DNA from: a virus
IMG/VR virus record: IMGVR_UViG_3300045988_097942
Strand: one strand, 5' to 3'
Length of the DNA stretch: 64,000 nucleotides
Shown: one piece after another, positions 9,614 to 20,072 of the stretch
How the letters are laid out: each line of letters begins with the position of its first letter
Numbering within the stretch: the first letter of the stretch is position 1
Position numbers and translations under genes: made by a program
The notes under the pieces: model-generated
The model's input: only the letters and a program-made list of their open reading frames with translations
Told to the model about the DNA's origin: nothing
Database searches by the model: none

Positions 9614-10165
9614 AAATTCTTTAACAGTAGGTAAATTTAAAATACCATAAAATCCTCTATTTCTATCGTTATTATTATCAAAAGTAATATAATCAAAATT
9701 TATATCTGAAAAATCCTTTTCATCTGTAATAAATCTACGACATATTTCTAAACAATTTGGTACTTTTTCTCTTTTAATATTTCTTAACAATCTTGTTTTA
9801 TCACTACAATCAATAAAAATAGGTAAAATATCAAGTTTATTATCTTGTAATAAACATTCAATTCCTTGAATATTAAAGACCCCTACATTTATTTTATCTT
9901 CTTTTAAAGATTCTATTGGAGTTCCATAACACCAATCATTAAAAACTGTAGCTTCAAGCATAGACATATTAAGTACCTTTTGAGCAAACTCTTCATTTGA
10001 TAAAAAATGATAATGAATACCATCTCTTTCATAATCTCGCGGCGGCCGCGTAGTACATGAAATAATTCCATTCATATTATAATTAGTAGTTAGCCATTTT
10101 TGAATAGTATCTTTTCCCGCCCCACTCTTTCCGAATAGGGCGAGAACTTTATATTTATTTTCCAT
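9602..10165 (-). CDS. Deoxynucleoside monophosphate kinase-like P-loop kinase
   Basis: LALFGKSGAGKDT Walker A resembling T4 gp1 (SGVKRSGKDT). Confidence 0.5.
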   Translation of the reverse strand: MENKYKVLALFGKSGAGKDTIQKWLTTNYNMNGIISCTTRPPRDYERDGIHYHFLSNEEFAQKVLNMSMLEATVFNDWCYGTPIESLKEDKINVGVFNIQGIECLLQDNKLDILPIFIDCSDKTRLLRNIKREKVPNCLEICRRFITDEKDFSDINFDYITFDNNNDRNRGFYGILNLPTVKEFLTS

Positions 10166-13100
10166 TAATTACTCTCCTGACCGTAACGTTCATGTTCTAG
10201 TTGCATTTCTCCATTTTCTACATTTGTTATTTTATATAACTGATGTGTAGATGTATGCTTATAAGATTTAGCAACAAAGGTATCTTCTCTGCGGAAACCA
10301 GTTACCATAATCTTGCTTCCTCTTGAGAACCAACCTTTTTCTTTTACTTTCTTAGTTCCATCCTCTTGCACTTCAGATATCTGCCGATTAAACATAGCAA
10401 AGTATTCTTTTGTGAATTTAACATTTACTACACCATTAGTTGTCAATATTGTTACTGATGAACGAGTATCATTTTTACTTATAACTGTTCCAATTATTTT
10501 ATATGTTTTATAAATTGGAATTTCCTTGCTATTCCGTTTAAAGAAGTAATCTACAATAGGAGTCTCTGGCATATTAAAGAAGTTAGAAATACCATACTTA
10601 TCTACGTCTACATCAATTAATTCATGGTCATGATAGTAGAAACATAAACTTTCCATTTCCCATGCTGAAATTGTACCAGTTGCATACTTATCCCAACATT
10701 CTTTAAATAAGATATAGTTAAACTCTTTTAATACTTCTTCTTGGTTTTCTTTTAACCAATCTCTAGCAGCGTCCATCTCTTTTTGATATATTTTATCCCA
10801 GTCTGTCTGAAGAATACAAGTAATACCATTTATTACACTCAACTTCTCCATATCAAAGAATTGAGAGTAGAATCTTTCACAAACATCATCAAAAATATAA
10901 TATTTACCTACTTTCTTTTCAGCTTTTAAATACTTATTAAAAGTAAATACTCTTTTCTGGAACTCAAGAGATGCAGGTATTAAATCTCTTTGAATTAATC
11001 CATTAAAGTTCTGAAGAGTTAATCTTTTCTTTGCATCACAAACCTTTAATATATAATAAACCATAATTAGTAGTCTTGGTTCTACTCCAAGTTCTTCCGC
11101 CCAGTCTTTTTCTAATAAGTCAAAGCTTCCCGCTTTAATTAAGGAGAACATTGCTGTCTTATTTAATGGACATCTATTCATAAAATCTGTAAAACTACTA
11201 AAAGGTCTATTTTGAATAATTGCATCAATAACTGGTGCTCCTACACCATTCAATGCTTTCATACCAAATAAAATTTGATTATTTTCTACATTTGGTTCAA
11301 AGCTATAATTTGAACGGTTAATATCAATTAAAGATATTTTAATACCTTTAGATATAATATCTCCAAGAGCTTTCGCCACCTTTGCATAATCAGTTGATTT
11401 TTCTTTCTTAACTAATTTTTCTCCATTTTCATCCTCTTCAATTTCATATTCATCTTCTTCTTCCTCTAATGAACCGCTGTTCACAATCAAACAAGCTGTA
11501 TTCCAATAAATTGGATTCCATCTAGTTGCAACAAACATAGTTTGGAAACCTATGAATGAGTATGCAAGAGCGTGAATAATTGAGAATGAATAACCCATCT
11601 GAGGACCAATTCCGCAATCCCAAACATACTGTCCTAAATTTGGACTTTTTGCTTTTGTAAGAACTTGCTCTTTCAATTCAGGAATTTTAGACATTTGCTT
11701 TTTACCAACAATCTTACGTGCGGCATTCGCTTCTTTTAATGTAAATCCACAAATATTTTCGTCCATAAGCATTTTCATTAACTGCTCTTGACTAGGCGGA
11801 ACTCCATGGGAAGATAAGAAGTAAGGTTCTAAAGTTTTCTGTTCTTCTTTAGTTAAACCAGCTCTATCCATTTCTTTATACCAAAGTTCAATATTATTCT
11901 TAAAGCGAACATATTTTTCCATTGGCGTCTTTTGACCTTTTTCTGCAGTCATAAGTCTCATTAAACCATTTGCATCTGCCATCTCTAAAATATTAGTTGG
12001 TTTAATTTTTTTTGCTGCCTGACTGCCCACTTCAGAATCAAATTGGAAGATATTTAATACACTATTCTCTTGAAGTACCTTCCAAATATTTTTATCATTA
12101 ATTGGCAAAACAGATGGATGAAAATATTTATCATAAACTTCTCTTAAAGATAAATTTTTATCAATTTCATTATATTCTTGAAGTAATCTAATAGCTTCTG
12201 CTAATTTATCTTGGACTTCTGTTACTAAGAAATCATATTTTGTCATTCCTGCGGCTTCGCACATATGCAAATCATACTGAGTAATGACTTCTCCTTTTGG
12301 AGTTCTCATAAAACATCCAAATTCATATGGGTCTTCATCAAATAAAATAACTCCAGATGCATGACTACTTCTTTTATTTATAAGTCCTTCTATTGCAATC
12401 ATAATATCTAATAAACCAGGATATTGATTTACTTCATTTATAAATGCTTTAATAGGACGTCTATCTTTATCAGCATTTCCATTTATAACATCGGATAGCG
12501 GCCACAAGAATCCTCTTTCTGATGGAATTAAAGATGACATATATTGGGCAGTATCTACATCGATACCATCTGGATATTCTTCACTTCTATATCCACGACA
12601 GGCAGTTAAGATAGTTGAACGAGTTCCCTCTGTACCAAAAGTAGCTATTAATGTACATCCAAGATTTTTTCTTGATAAATCATCTATATCTTGTCTAAAC
12701 TTTTGTCCGCGCTCTTCTTTTATCTTTTTAATAATTAAAGGACGTTTAGATGGACATAAGTCAAGGTCAATATCGCCTAACTCAACACGTTCTTTATTCA
12801 AATATCTCCAGAATGGAAGTTCCCATTCAATAGGGTCAAGTTGTGTTATTCCTAATAAATAATGATTTAATCCACTACAACTAGAACCTCTTCCTGCACC
12901 AACAATACTCCCACAATCCCAGAACATATTAATGTAATGCTGAAGAGTATTAGGATAACTAAACATATTAGTTTCTAACTTTTCACTAATAGTTGATTTA
13001 ATATCAGCTTCTTCTTCAAGTCTATTCAAATAAGTTTCATTCCATAAATCTTTATCTTTTAAACTTTTAAGACAACTATTTACCCAATATCTATCCTGTT

Positions 13101-14109
13101 CATCATCACTTAATAATAATTTATGAAGAGTTGGATATTCTTTTAAAGAATCATCTTTAGGATAATATTTTACATCAACAGTAGGAATTGTCTGTTTATG
13201 TTCAAGACTATATTCTTCTATTTTATTATATATCTCTATAGAAGTTGCTACCATTTTTTCATACATATCAGGTATGCTTGCAGCGATATTTTCTTTTACT
13301 TCATCTTCACTTTGAAGATAAGCATACTCATAGAAACTTGCTACTTCACGTTCTCCACCTTTAGAGTTTAAGTAAGATTCATGAATGAATCTATCTTCTT
13401 TTTTTAAATAATGTGCATCAGTACCGATTACCATTTGAACATCAAAACATTTAGCAATAGATACTAACGTTTTATTAACTGCAATTTGGTCTTCAGATTT
13501 ACCGGGCGCACATTCAATATAAAAATCTTCTCCAAAGATTTCTTTACAAAAAAGAATAAAATTTACAATTCTATCATGCGCGGCTTCTGCGCTAACAGAA
13601 TCTTTAATCATTCTAGCTGTTATCATATTATGAGTTTGAGTACTAAGTTCTCCGCCCATACAGGCTGATGTTGCTATAACTGAACCTGGATATTTATTCA
13701 TAATTTCTTTTAAATCTTCATAAGTAGTAACAACTCTTTCCATTCCTCTGTCATACCAAGAGTTCATCCATGCTCTTGAAGATAATTCTCTTAACGCTCT
13801 ATGTCCTATTTTATTTTTTGCAATCAAAATAAAGTGATAATATTTTTGACCATTTTCTCTATTCGGACATAAATAAATTTCATTTCCTAATGCAACTTTA
13901 AAATCTGGATATTCTTCTTTTAAAGTTTTTGCATATTGATTAATTTCCATATGACCACATAATGCTTCGTGGTCTGTGATTGTAATACCACTTAAACCTA
14001 ATTCTATCGCTCTATTAATTAAATCTTTTGGACGATTGATACAATCGAGCAAACGAAGATTACTATAATGAGTATGACTATGAACTTCAAATCTTTTTAT
14101 ATTTGCCAT
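10165..14109 (-). CDS. dnaE: DNA polymerase III alpha subunit (DnaE-type, N-terminal PHP domain)
   Basis: N-terminal HSHTHYSNLRLLD...ITDHEALCGH PHP motifs, a GDIDLDL catalytic aspartate motif, 1314 aa. Confidence 0.8.
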   Translation of the reverse strand: MANIKRFEVHSHTHYSNLRLLDCINRPKDLINRAIELGLSGITITDHEALCGHMEINQYAKTLKEEYPDFKVALGNEIYLCPNRENGQKYYHFILIAKNKIGHRALRELSSRAWMNSWYDRGMERVVTTYEDLKEIMNKYPGSVIATSACMGGELSTQTHNMITARMIKDSVSAEAAHDRIVNFILFCKEIFGEDFYIECAPGKSEDQIAVNKTLVSIAKCFDVQMVIGTDAHYLKKEDRFIHESYLNSKGGEREVASFYEYAYLQSEDEVKENIAASIPDMYEKMVATSIEIYNKIEEYSLEHKQTIPTVDVKYYPKDDSLKEYPTLHKLLLSDDEQDRYWVNSCLKSLKDKDLWNETYLNRLEEEADIKSTISEKLETNMFSYPNTLQHYINMFWDCGSIVGAGRGSSCSGLNHYLLGITQLDPIEWELPFWRYLNKERVELGDIDLDLCPSKRPLIIKKIKEERGQKFRQDIDDLSRKNLGCTLIATFGTEGTRSTILTACRGYRSEEYPDGIDVDTAQYMSSLIPSERGFLWPLSDVINGNADKDRRPIKAFINEVNQYPGLLDIMIAIEGLINKRSSHASGVILFDEDPYEFGCFMRTPKGEVITQYDLHMCEAAGMTKYDFLVTEVQDKLAEAIRLLQEYNEIDKNLSLREVYDKYFHPSVLPINDKNIWKVLQENSVLNIFQFDSEVGSQAAKKIKPTNILEMADANGLMRLMTAEKGQKTPMEKYVRFKNNIELWYKEMDRAGLTKEEQKTLEPYFLSSHGVPPSQEQLMKMLMDENICGFTLKEANAARKIVGKKQMSKIPELKEQVLTKAKSPNLGQYVWDCGIGPQMGYSFSIIHALAYSFIGFQTMFVATRWNPIYWNTACLIVNSGSLEEEEDEYEIEEDENGEKLVKKEKSTDYAKVAKALGDIISKGIKISLIDINRSNYSFEPNVENNQILFGMKALNGVGAPVIDAIIQNRPFSSFTDFMNRCPLNKTAMFSLIKAGSFDLLEKDWAEELGVEPRLLIMVYYILKVCDAKKRLTLQNFNGLIQRDLIPASLEFQKRVFTFNKYLKAEKKVGKYYIFDDVCERFYSQFFDMEKLSVINGITCILQTDWDKIYQKEMDAARDWLKENQEEVLKEFNYILFKECWDKYATGTISAWEMESLCFYYHDHELIDVDVDKYGISNFFNMPETPIVDYFFKRNSKEIPIYKTYKIIGTVISKNDTRSSVTILTTNGVVNVKFTKEYFAMFNRQISEVQEDGTKKVKEKGWFSRGSKIMVTGFRREDTFVAKSYKHTSTHQLYKITNVENGEMQLEHERYGQESN

Positions 14110-14183
14110 ATCTTTTTTCCTTTACTCTTTAATATATAATAATTATATCATAATTTTAATTAAAAGTCAACTACATTATTCTT

Positions 14184-14792
14184 TTATAAATCCTCTATAA
14201 TATCTTCTTTTTCAAAATAAATTGTTTCACATAAGCAATTTGGATGATATGGTGGAAGTTCTATTTCAGATTCTAAATGTACTTCTCCATCACAATATTC
14301 ATTACAAGTATCGCAGCCTTCTCCTGCAATTATTTCAACATATTCAGTATTAAGTTTCTTTTGCATTGAATAAGAAATAATTTTAAAACTTTCAGTATCT
14401 ATAATTAATCCTAAATGATAAAATAATATTAATATTTCATCTTGAGATGGATTTTCATGTAAAATTTCCTTGAACCAATTTTCTATTCTTTCTTTAAAAG
14501 TTTTTCCATCTGCATCATAAAAAATTTCTTGTAAGTTCAATACTTTTTTAGAATCGAATGATTTTGAATATATTTTTTTCAATTCTGATAAAGTGGTAGA
14601 AAGATTTTTGGTTAATACTTCTTCAATGAAATTTATACTTTCTTTTGCTGCATTATTTGTATTATCTTTAATTTCTTTTTTAAGTAATTTATATAATTCT
14701 TCTTTTGCATTTTGATTATCTGCTATAATAAGATTATATAACTTTCGTATATCGTTTATACGTTTTTCTCTTATTTTTTTTGATACTTTCAT
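14184..14792 (-). CDS. Hypothetical protein with a C-terminal Cys cluster
   Basis: CDTCNEYCDG...HPNCLC. Confidence 0.35.
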   Translation of the reverse strand: MKVSKKIREKRINDIRKLYNLIIADNQNAKEELYKLLKKEIKDNTNNAAKESINFIEEVLTKNLSTTLSELKKIYSKSFDSKKVLNLQEIFYDADGKTFKERIENWFKEILHENPSQDEILILFYHLGLIIDTESFKIISYSMQKKLNTEYVEIIAGEGCDTCNEYCDGEVHLESEIELPPYHPNCLCETIYFEKEDIIEDL

Positions 14793-14858
14793 ATGCTACC
14801 CTCTTCTTCTAAAAGCATATACTTCTTTTATTATTTTACATTTTTATTATTTTACATA

Positions 14859-16031
14859 TTAGCTCCTAATTAATACAAGCTTTTCAGAAGCTCTTGTACA
14901 ACAAGTATAAAGCCATCTTGCATGCTCTACTCTATCAAATGGAAAATTTTCTTCTATTACTAAAACTTTATCATATTCAGACCCTTGTGATTTATGTCCT
15001 GTTATACAGTATCCATAAGTAAATTCGAGAGGAACTAAATGTCTTGTTTTAGGGTTTTTACTTAATTTAAAGCTAGTTTTCCAATCTAAAGTTGCTTCAC
15101 CAGTAGATATCATTAATTTATCCATTTCAAGAGAGTCAAAGTGAGAACCACTATCAGTATTAAAATTTGCTATAAGAACTGATAATTGTTGTCCTCCTAC
15201 ATATCGTGGAAGTTGGTAAAAAGTACTAAATGAATTATTTAATACTCCTATTGTTCCATTAATAAGCGGGTCTTCATTATCTGCGAATATTTCCCAATAA
15301 TTTCTTAAACAAATAATTTTATCTCCATCCTGTGGACCACCACTTTTTCCGGTTAGCTCTCTCATTTGATTATTAATACCAATTCTTGTTGCATTTGTTC
15401 CACAAATAATTTGATCTGCCCATTGTAACATACCAGTATTAAGTTCATGTTTAGGAGCAATAATTACTTCATTGCCTTGCATAGTATGAAGAGGTTTTTT
15501 TTCACGAATATCCATAGTTAATCTAATAATTTCAGATTCTTGTGCCTGTCGCATTATTTCATCAAGAAAGATATGCGGATTGTCAAGTAAATGATTATCT
15601 TCATTCTTATCTACAGGCGGCAACTGGAAAGGGTCTCCAAGACAAATAATATGTACATTATACTTAAATAAAAGTTCCATAATTGTCTTTGGAGCCATTG
15701 ATACTTCATCTACAATAACAATATTATATGGTATTTCTTCTACCGGAATCCGCACAAATGTCCCGTCTGGTTTTGGAAAACTTTTATATAATAATTTATG
15801 TAATGTGCTTACATTCTTATTGCCTTTCTTTAATAAAACCTGTGCAGCTTTACCAGTAAAAGTAGCATAACAAACTTCTTCTTCAGGAACGTCTAAAGCT
15901 TCTATAATAAAGCGAACAAGGGTAGACTTTCCGGCTCCCGCGTATCCAGCAATTACAGTAAATTTCTCATGATTTCTATATCTCTCTACTGCAATCCTTA
16001 ATCCTTGCTCTTGTTTTGTATTTAATATCAT
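14859..16031 (-). CDS. SF1B DNA helicase, Dda/RecD-like
   Basis: Walker A AGYAGAGKST and motif VI ITGHKSQGSEYD. Confidence 0.75.
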   Translation of the reverse strand: MILNTKQEQGLRIAVERYRNHEKFTVIAGYAGAGKSTLVRFIIEALDVPEEEVCYATFTGKAAQVLLKKGNKNVSTLHKLLYKSFPKPDGTFVRIPVEEIPYNIVIVDEVSMAPKTIMELLFKYNVHIICLGDPFQLPPVDKNEDNHLLDNPHIFLDEIMRQAQESEIIRLTMDIREKKPLHTMQGNEVIIAPKHELNTGMLQWADQIICGTNATRIGINNQMRELTGKSGGPQDGDKIICLRNYWEIFADNEDPLINGTIGVLNNSFSTFYQLPRYVGGQQLSVLIANFNTDSGSHFDSLEMDKLMISTGEATLDWKTSFKLSKNPKTRHLVPLEFTYGYCITGHKSQGSEYDKVLVIEENFPFDRVEHARWLYTCCTRASEKLVLIRS

Positions 16032-16342
16032 AATATTTCAACAACCTTTCCATAAATCTGAGATTTTCCAACCCAACCATTTATATGACCATGATTATTA
16101 GATATTTGATAAGTAGTATCATTTTTGATTGCAGAAATTTTATGAAGATAAAAATGACCAGCAACTTTTACAAATACTATATCATTTTTATTTAAAATTG
16201 TATCATTAGTTATAGGACTAACTCGAACTGCTTGCCCAGATTTTAAAATAGGAGTCATTGATTGACCATAATCAATCACAATACATTCTTCACCATTTTT
16301 TAAATGTTCTGCGGTTATAACATTTTCTTTTCCTTTGAACAT
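16028..16342 (-). CDS. S24 (LexA/UmuD-like) peptidase domain protein
   Basis: GQSMTPILKSG...NDIVFVKVAGHFYLHKI matches the S24 Ser/Lys dyad region. Start chosen at MFKGKEN (AAGGA RBS), because the class-A promoter lies inside the longer track ORF. Confidence 0.6.
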   Translation of the reverse strand: MFKGKENVITAEHLKNGEECIVIDYGQSMTPILKSGQAVRVSPITNDTILNKNDIVFVKVAGHFYLHKISAIKNDTTYQISNNHGHINGWVGKSQIYGKVVEIL

Positions 16343-16375
16343 ATTTATTTTCCTTCCTTTAATATTTCTATTTAT

Positions 16376-16404
16376 ATTATAACATATTTTTATGCAAAAA
16401 TCAA
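16376..16404 (-). promoter_or_regulatory. Sigma70-like promoter TTGATT-N17-TATAAT
   Basis: Minus strand reads TTGATTtttgcataaaaatatgtTATAAT. Confidence 0.65.
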
Positions 16405-16423
16405 TAAATGGATTTTGGAGCAA

Positions 16424-16975
16424 TTAAATATATTTCCAGTGTAATTTTTCATGAGTAATAGGATGTTTTCCTGCTGACATTCCCTTTCCATGAAGATATG
16501 AACTTATAGTACTTGGGTCTTTTAAATTACGCCATTTAGCAGCATCAGTAAGAGAATTAAAAATTTCTTGAGTTTCAATACATTGAACTTTTACAGTTCC
16601 ATTTTTACCTCCTCTAAATCCTCTTTTTCTACTTCCTTCTTTATGTTTTTGTTTAGTTTCTTCTGTGTAAAAATAACCAATTTTATTTCTTTTTTCTTTT
16701 TTTAATGATATATTATATCCATATTTAGGATTATCTGATTGATAATATTTAATCCAATATTGCTCTCGTTCTAAAGCTTTTTCTTTAGTAATAATATTAT
16801 CTTCAATTATTTCATGCAGAAAATGTTTCCATCCATATTCTAAAATAGCAGAAAAGAAACGAGGACAAGTTTTATAACCTCGTCCTCCTTTCCATCTTAT
16901 TTCAGGACTATTCCCAGTATAGCCTATATATACTAATCCATTTTCTATATTGGTATGTTTATATATTTTATACAT
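16424..16975 (-). CDS. GIY-YIG homing endonuclease
   Basis: N-terminal IYKHTNIENGLVYIGYTG motif plus the conserved Arg/Glu, free-standing between replication genes. Confidence 0.8.
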   Translation of the reverse strand: MYKIYKHTNIENGLVYIGYTGNSPEIRWKGGRGYKTCPRFFSAILEYGWKHFLHEIIEDNIITKEKALEREQYWIKYYQSDNPKYGYNISLKKEKRNKIGYFYTEETKQKHKEGSRKRGFRGGKNGTVKVQCIETQEIFNSLTDAAKWRNLKDPSTISSYLHGKGMSAGKHPITHEKLHWKYI

Positions 16976-17048
16976 AATGCAAAATCTCCATTAAAATTTC
17001 CAAAACCCATTTTGAAATCTAAAACTTGGTCAAGTACGTCCCGAGCAG

Positions 17049-18869
17049 TTAAAAGAAATATTTACAAGAATCTACGATTTCATAATCCTCAAGCATAATC
17101 TGAGCATTAACCCATCCGCTCCATTCATTCTTATTACACTTGCCGATTATATCCATCTTAATAAAACCATCAGTTGCAATTTTATCATATTCTTCTTGAC
17201 TTGAACCAAATTTTATAATAGACACTTTATTTGGAAGTACGATTTTTAATGTAGGAGTTTTATCTGGAGACATTAAAGTAACCATATCTTTAGTTACTTT
17301 TAAATCTTTAATAGCTATTAAAGATTCATCAACATCTTTACCCCAATAACAACCCATTTCTGCAATATCAAGAATGTTTTGTGGGTTCACTTCATTTCCA
17401 TTATATATATAATCTACATAATAAAGCGGTTCTTCACTCATATCTTTAAGTATTTCATTTGTTGAAGATATAAAATCATCTATATTCTTCTCTTCAATAC
17501 CTAAACCAAATGCACCTTGATGACCAACTTCATACATTGTTTTACCAGTAGCCGCGCATATATCTTTAAACTCTGTAATTCCAACTTTATCACAACCACG
17601 CGCGGAACCTTGATATGAAACATTCACATGACATAAAGAAGCTCCATAATCGCTATCATTTTCATCCCAACAAGTATAACTTTCATTTTCTTCTACTCTT
17701 GTTAATATACAACAAGGTCTTTGATATTTAGCCATAAATTTATTAGCAATTAATCCTGCTATATTTCTATCTACTTGACCAGGTTTCAATAAAAATAAAA
17801 GCACTTTGTTATCTAATAAATTTTGTTCAATTATCATATTTTCAAGAAATGCCATTCCAGCATCTTGTGCTCTTGTTTGTCTATTTTTAACATTAGTACA
17901 AGTACGCAATGCTTGTTCAACTAATTGTTCTTCTTCTCCAAGCTTATGTCCTCTTTTATTTGAAAGAATCATTTTAAATGCTTTAAACTTTAACATAGAT
18001 TCAAATAAAAGTAATTTTTCTTCAGCTGTACCACTTCTTACCATAGCGTTTACAAAAGGAGCAATATAGAACGCAGCTCCCCATGAAGTAATATGCTTAC
18101 CTAATTTGAATTGGTTTTTTTGCCATATTGAATAAATGAAAGGATTATGAATATTATTTGGTTCAAATCCTTTGTTTATTAAATGTTTAGTTTCATATGA
18201 TAATAATGACATCATATCTGCTGTAAGTCCAAGAGCAACTAAATCAAGATATTGTTCTGCATTAGACGTTCCTAATAAAGAATCAATATATCTACAAAAT
18301 TGCCAAGTTACTCCAACACCAGATAAATGTTTATTAGGATAATCACTCAACTGATTATTTATAATAATAGCATCTTCTGAAATACTTTCAGCTTCATGGT
18401 GGTCTAATACTATTACTTGACAACCAGATTCTTTTAACTTTTTATGACATTCATAGTCATTACTACCTGCGTCTGGAACGATTACAAGTGGATATTTCTG
18501 TTCTATAAGAACATCACAAAAATCACTTAATCCATGTTGTTTACCATCATGAATATAATAAATAAGATGCCCCTCAACCCAAGCTGGAAAAATATCATAT
18601 AAATAATTTATTAAGAGTGCAGAACTTGTAAAACCATCACAATCGCTATCGACAATTAAACCAATAGTATTTCCACTTTGTATATTTCCTACCAATGCGG
18701 AAGCCGCAGCTTTTAAATTCTCCTCACCTAAACCTAAGAAAGAATTTATATCATCATCTGTCGTATTTATATAATGTGGTATATCTTCTCTCTTCAATCC
18801 TCTATTTGTAAGCACTTGTTCAAGTGCAGTATAATCTCTATTTACTTCTTTAATTAACTGATATTTCAT
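17049..18869 (-). CDS. DHH/DHHA1 phosphoesterase, RecJ-like exonuclease
   Basis: Motifs VDSDCDGFTSSALL and LDHHEAE. Confidence 0.7.
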   Translation of the reverse strand: MKYQLIKEVNRDYTALEQVLTNRGLKREDIPHYINTTDDDINSFLGLGEENLKAAASALVGNIQSGNTIGLIVDSDCDGFTSSALLINYLYDIFPAWVEGHLIYYIHDGKQHGLSDFCDVLIEQKYPLVIVPDAGSNDYECHKKLKESGCQVIVLDHHEAESISEDAIIINNQLSDYPNKHLSGVGVTWQFCRYIDSLLGTSNAEQYLDLVALGLTADMMSLLSYETKHLINKGFEPNNIHNPFIYSIWQKNQFKLGKHITSWGAAFYIAPFVNAMVRSGTAEEKLLLFESMLKFKAFKMILSNKRGHKLGEEEQLVEQALRTCTNVKNRQTRAQDAGMAFLENMIIEQNLLDNKVLLFLLKPGQVDRNIAGLIANKFMAKYQRPCCILTRVEENESYTCWDENDSDYGASLCHVNVSYQGSARGCDKVGITEFKDICAATGKTMYEVGHQGAFGLGIEEKNIDDFISSTNEILKDMSEEPLYYVDYIYNGNEVNPQNILDIAEMGCYWGKDVDESLIAIKDLKVTKDMVTLMSPDKTPTLKIVLPNKVSIIKFGSSQEEYDKIATDGFIKMDIIGKCNKNEWSGWVNAQIMLEDYEIVDSCKYFF

Positions 18870-19966
18870 AATATAATTCTCTCCTTAAATAGTTTCATAA
18901 AGGTTTCAGGTCCTCTATCTATTGGAGAGTCCTTATAACCTAATAAATCTGTCTTATCGAACATGAAAGTAATTTGCACATATCCGCTATATTTAGTGTG
19001 AATTGCCTTCAACTTCTTCGTCCATCTTTTCCACTCATCATCGCCAATTTTTTTAAACTGCTTATCAAATGCTATAACAATTTCCTTCACGCCTAAAGAT
19101 AACAATAACTGGACCTGATAAGATATGAGTGAACTCCCGCAACAAGCTACACTAATATCATTTTCTTCACCGAAGTAACTTGCATATAATAAAGTAGATT
19201 TCTCTCCTTCAAAAACGATTGCTTTTTGTATAATACTTATTGCATTTTTGCTGTTGTTTAAATTATATAAATTAAAACTTAAAGGATGATTATACATCTT
19301 ATTATTAAGTTTTGCTGGCATATACTTTCCATTTTTTTCCATTTCTTTAATAAGAGTTCGTTCTCTAATCCCAATTAAATTTCCATCTATATCAAAATGA
19401 GGAATTACAATACCTTCATTTTTAGGGTCATATGCAATACCACGATTCATTATAATATCTTTTTTAATGCCTTCACGTTCCCAGATACTAATTCTTGGTC
19501 GTGGTAAAAATTGTAAAATTTTTGCATCAAATTTTTTTAATTCAACAATTTGTTGCTTTTCTTCATAATTATTAATATGCTCATAATTACTAAGAATTTC
19601 CCAATCTTTTAAAATTTCTTTATCTTGACCAAAATCAAAAGTTTGGGAAGAGTATCCAAAATAAGCTGCAACAAAAGCAATAGCCTTTGGTAATGACCAT
19701 TCTTCTCCTGTACTAATTGTCTTTTGTTTACGAACTAGCTCATATATATCAAAATAATCTCCACAATCAGTATAACACTTAAATAATTTTGTATTATCAT
19801 AATAATAAAGTTTATATGAACCTTGACCCGCAGGATTATGACAAATTGTTCTTGACTTAAATGTATTACCTTCCATCATTGGTTCTCCACCCAAGTCCGC
19901 AGTTAGTTCATATACTTGCTCTATTGTTAAAGATTGTTTGAGTTCATCTTTATTATATCTATACAT
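18866..19966 (-). CDS. dnaG: DNA primase (DnaG-like: CHC2 zinc finger plus TOPRIM)
   Basis: CHNP...FKCYTDCGDYFDIYELV zinc finger and a VFEGEKS TOPRIM motif. Confidence 0.8.
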   Translation of the reverse strand: MYRYNKDELKQSLTIEQVYELTADLGGEPMMEGNTFKSRTICHNPAGQGSYKLYYYDNTKLFKCYTDCGDYFDIYELVRKQKTISTGEEWSLPKAIAFVAAYFGYSSQTFDFGQDKEILKDWEILSNYEHINNYEEKQQIVELKKFDAKILQFLPRPRISIWEREGIKKDIIMNRGIAYDPKNEGIVIPHFDIDGNLIGIRERTLIKEMEKNGKYMPAKLNNKMYNHPLSFNLYNLNNSKNAISIIQKAIVFEGEKSTLLYASYFGEENDISVACCGSSLISYQVQLLLSLGVKEIVIAFDKQFKKIGDDEWKRWTKKLKAIHTKYSGYVQITFMFDKTDLLGYKDSPIDRGPETFMKLFKERIIL

Positions 19967-20072
19967 TATTTCTTCTTTCTCTTCTTATTTCTTTTCTTCA
20001 ATATCTTCTTCTTTTGTTTAGCGGCTTTTTTTATCAAATAACTTAAATCATGTATTTCTATATTATTCTCCA

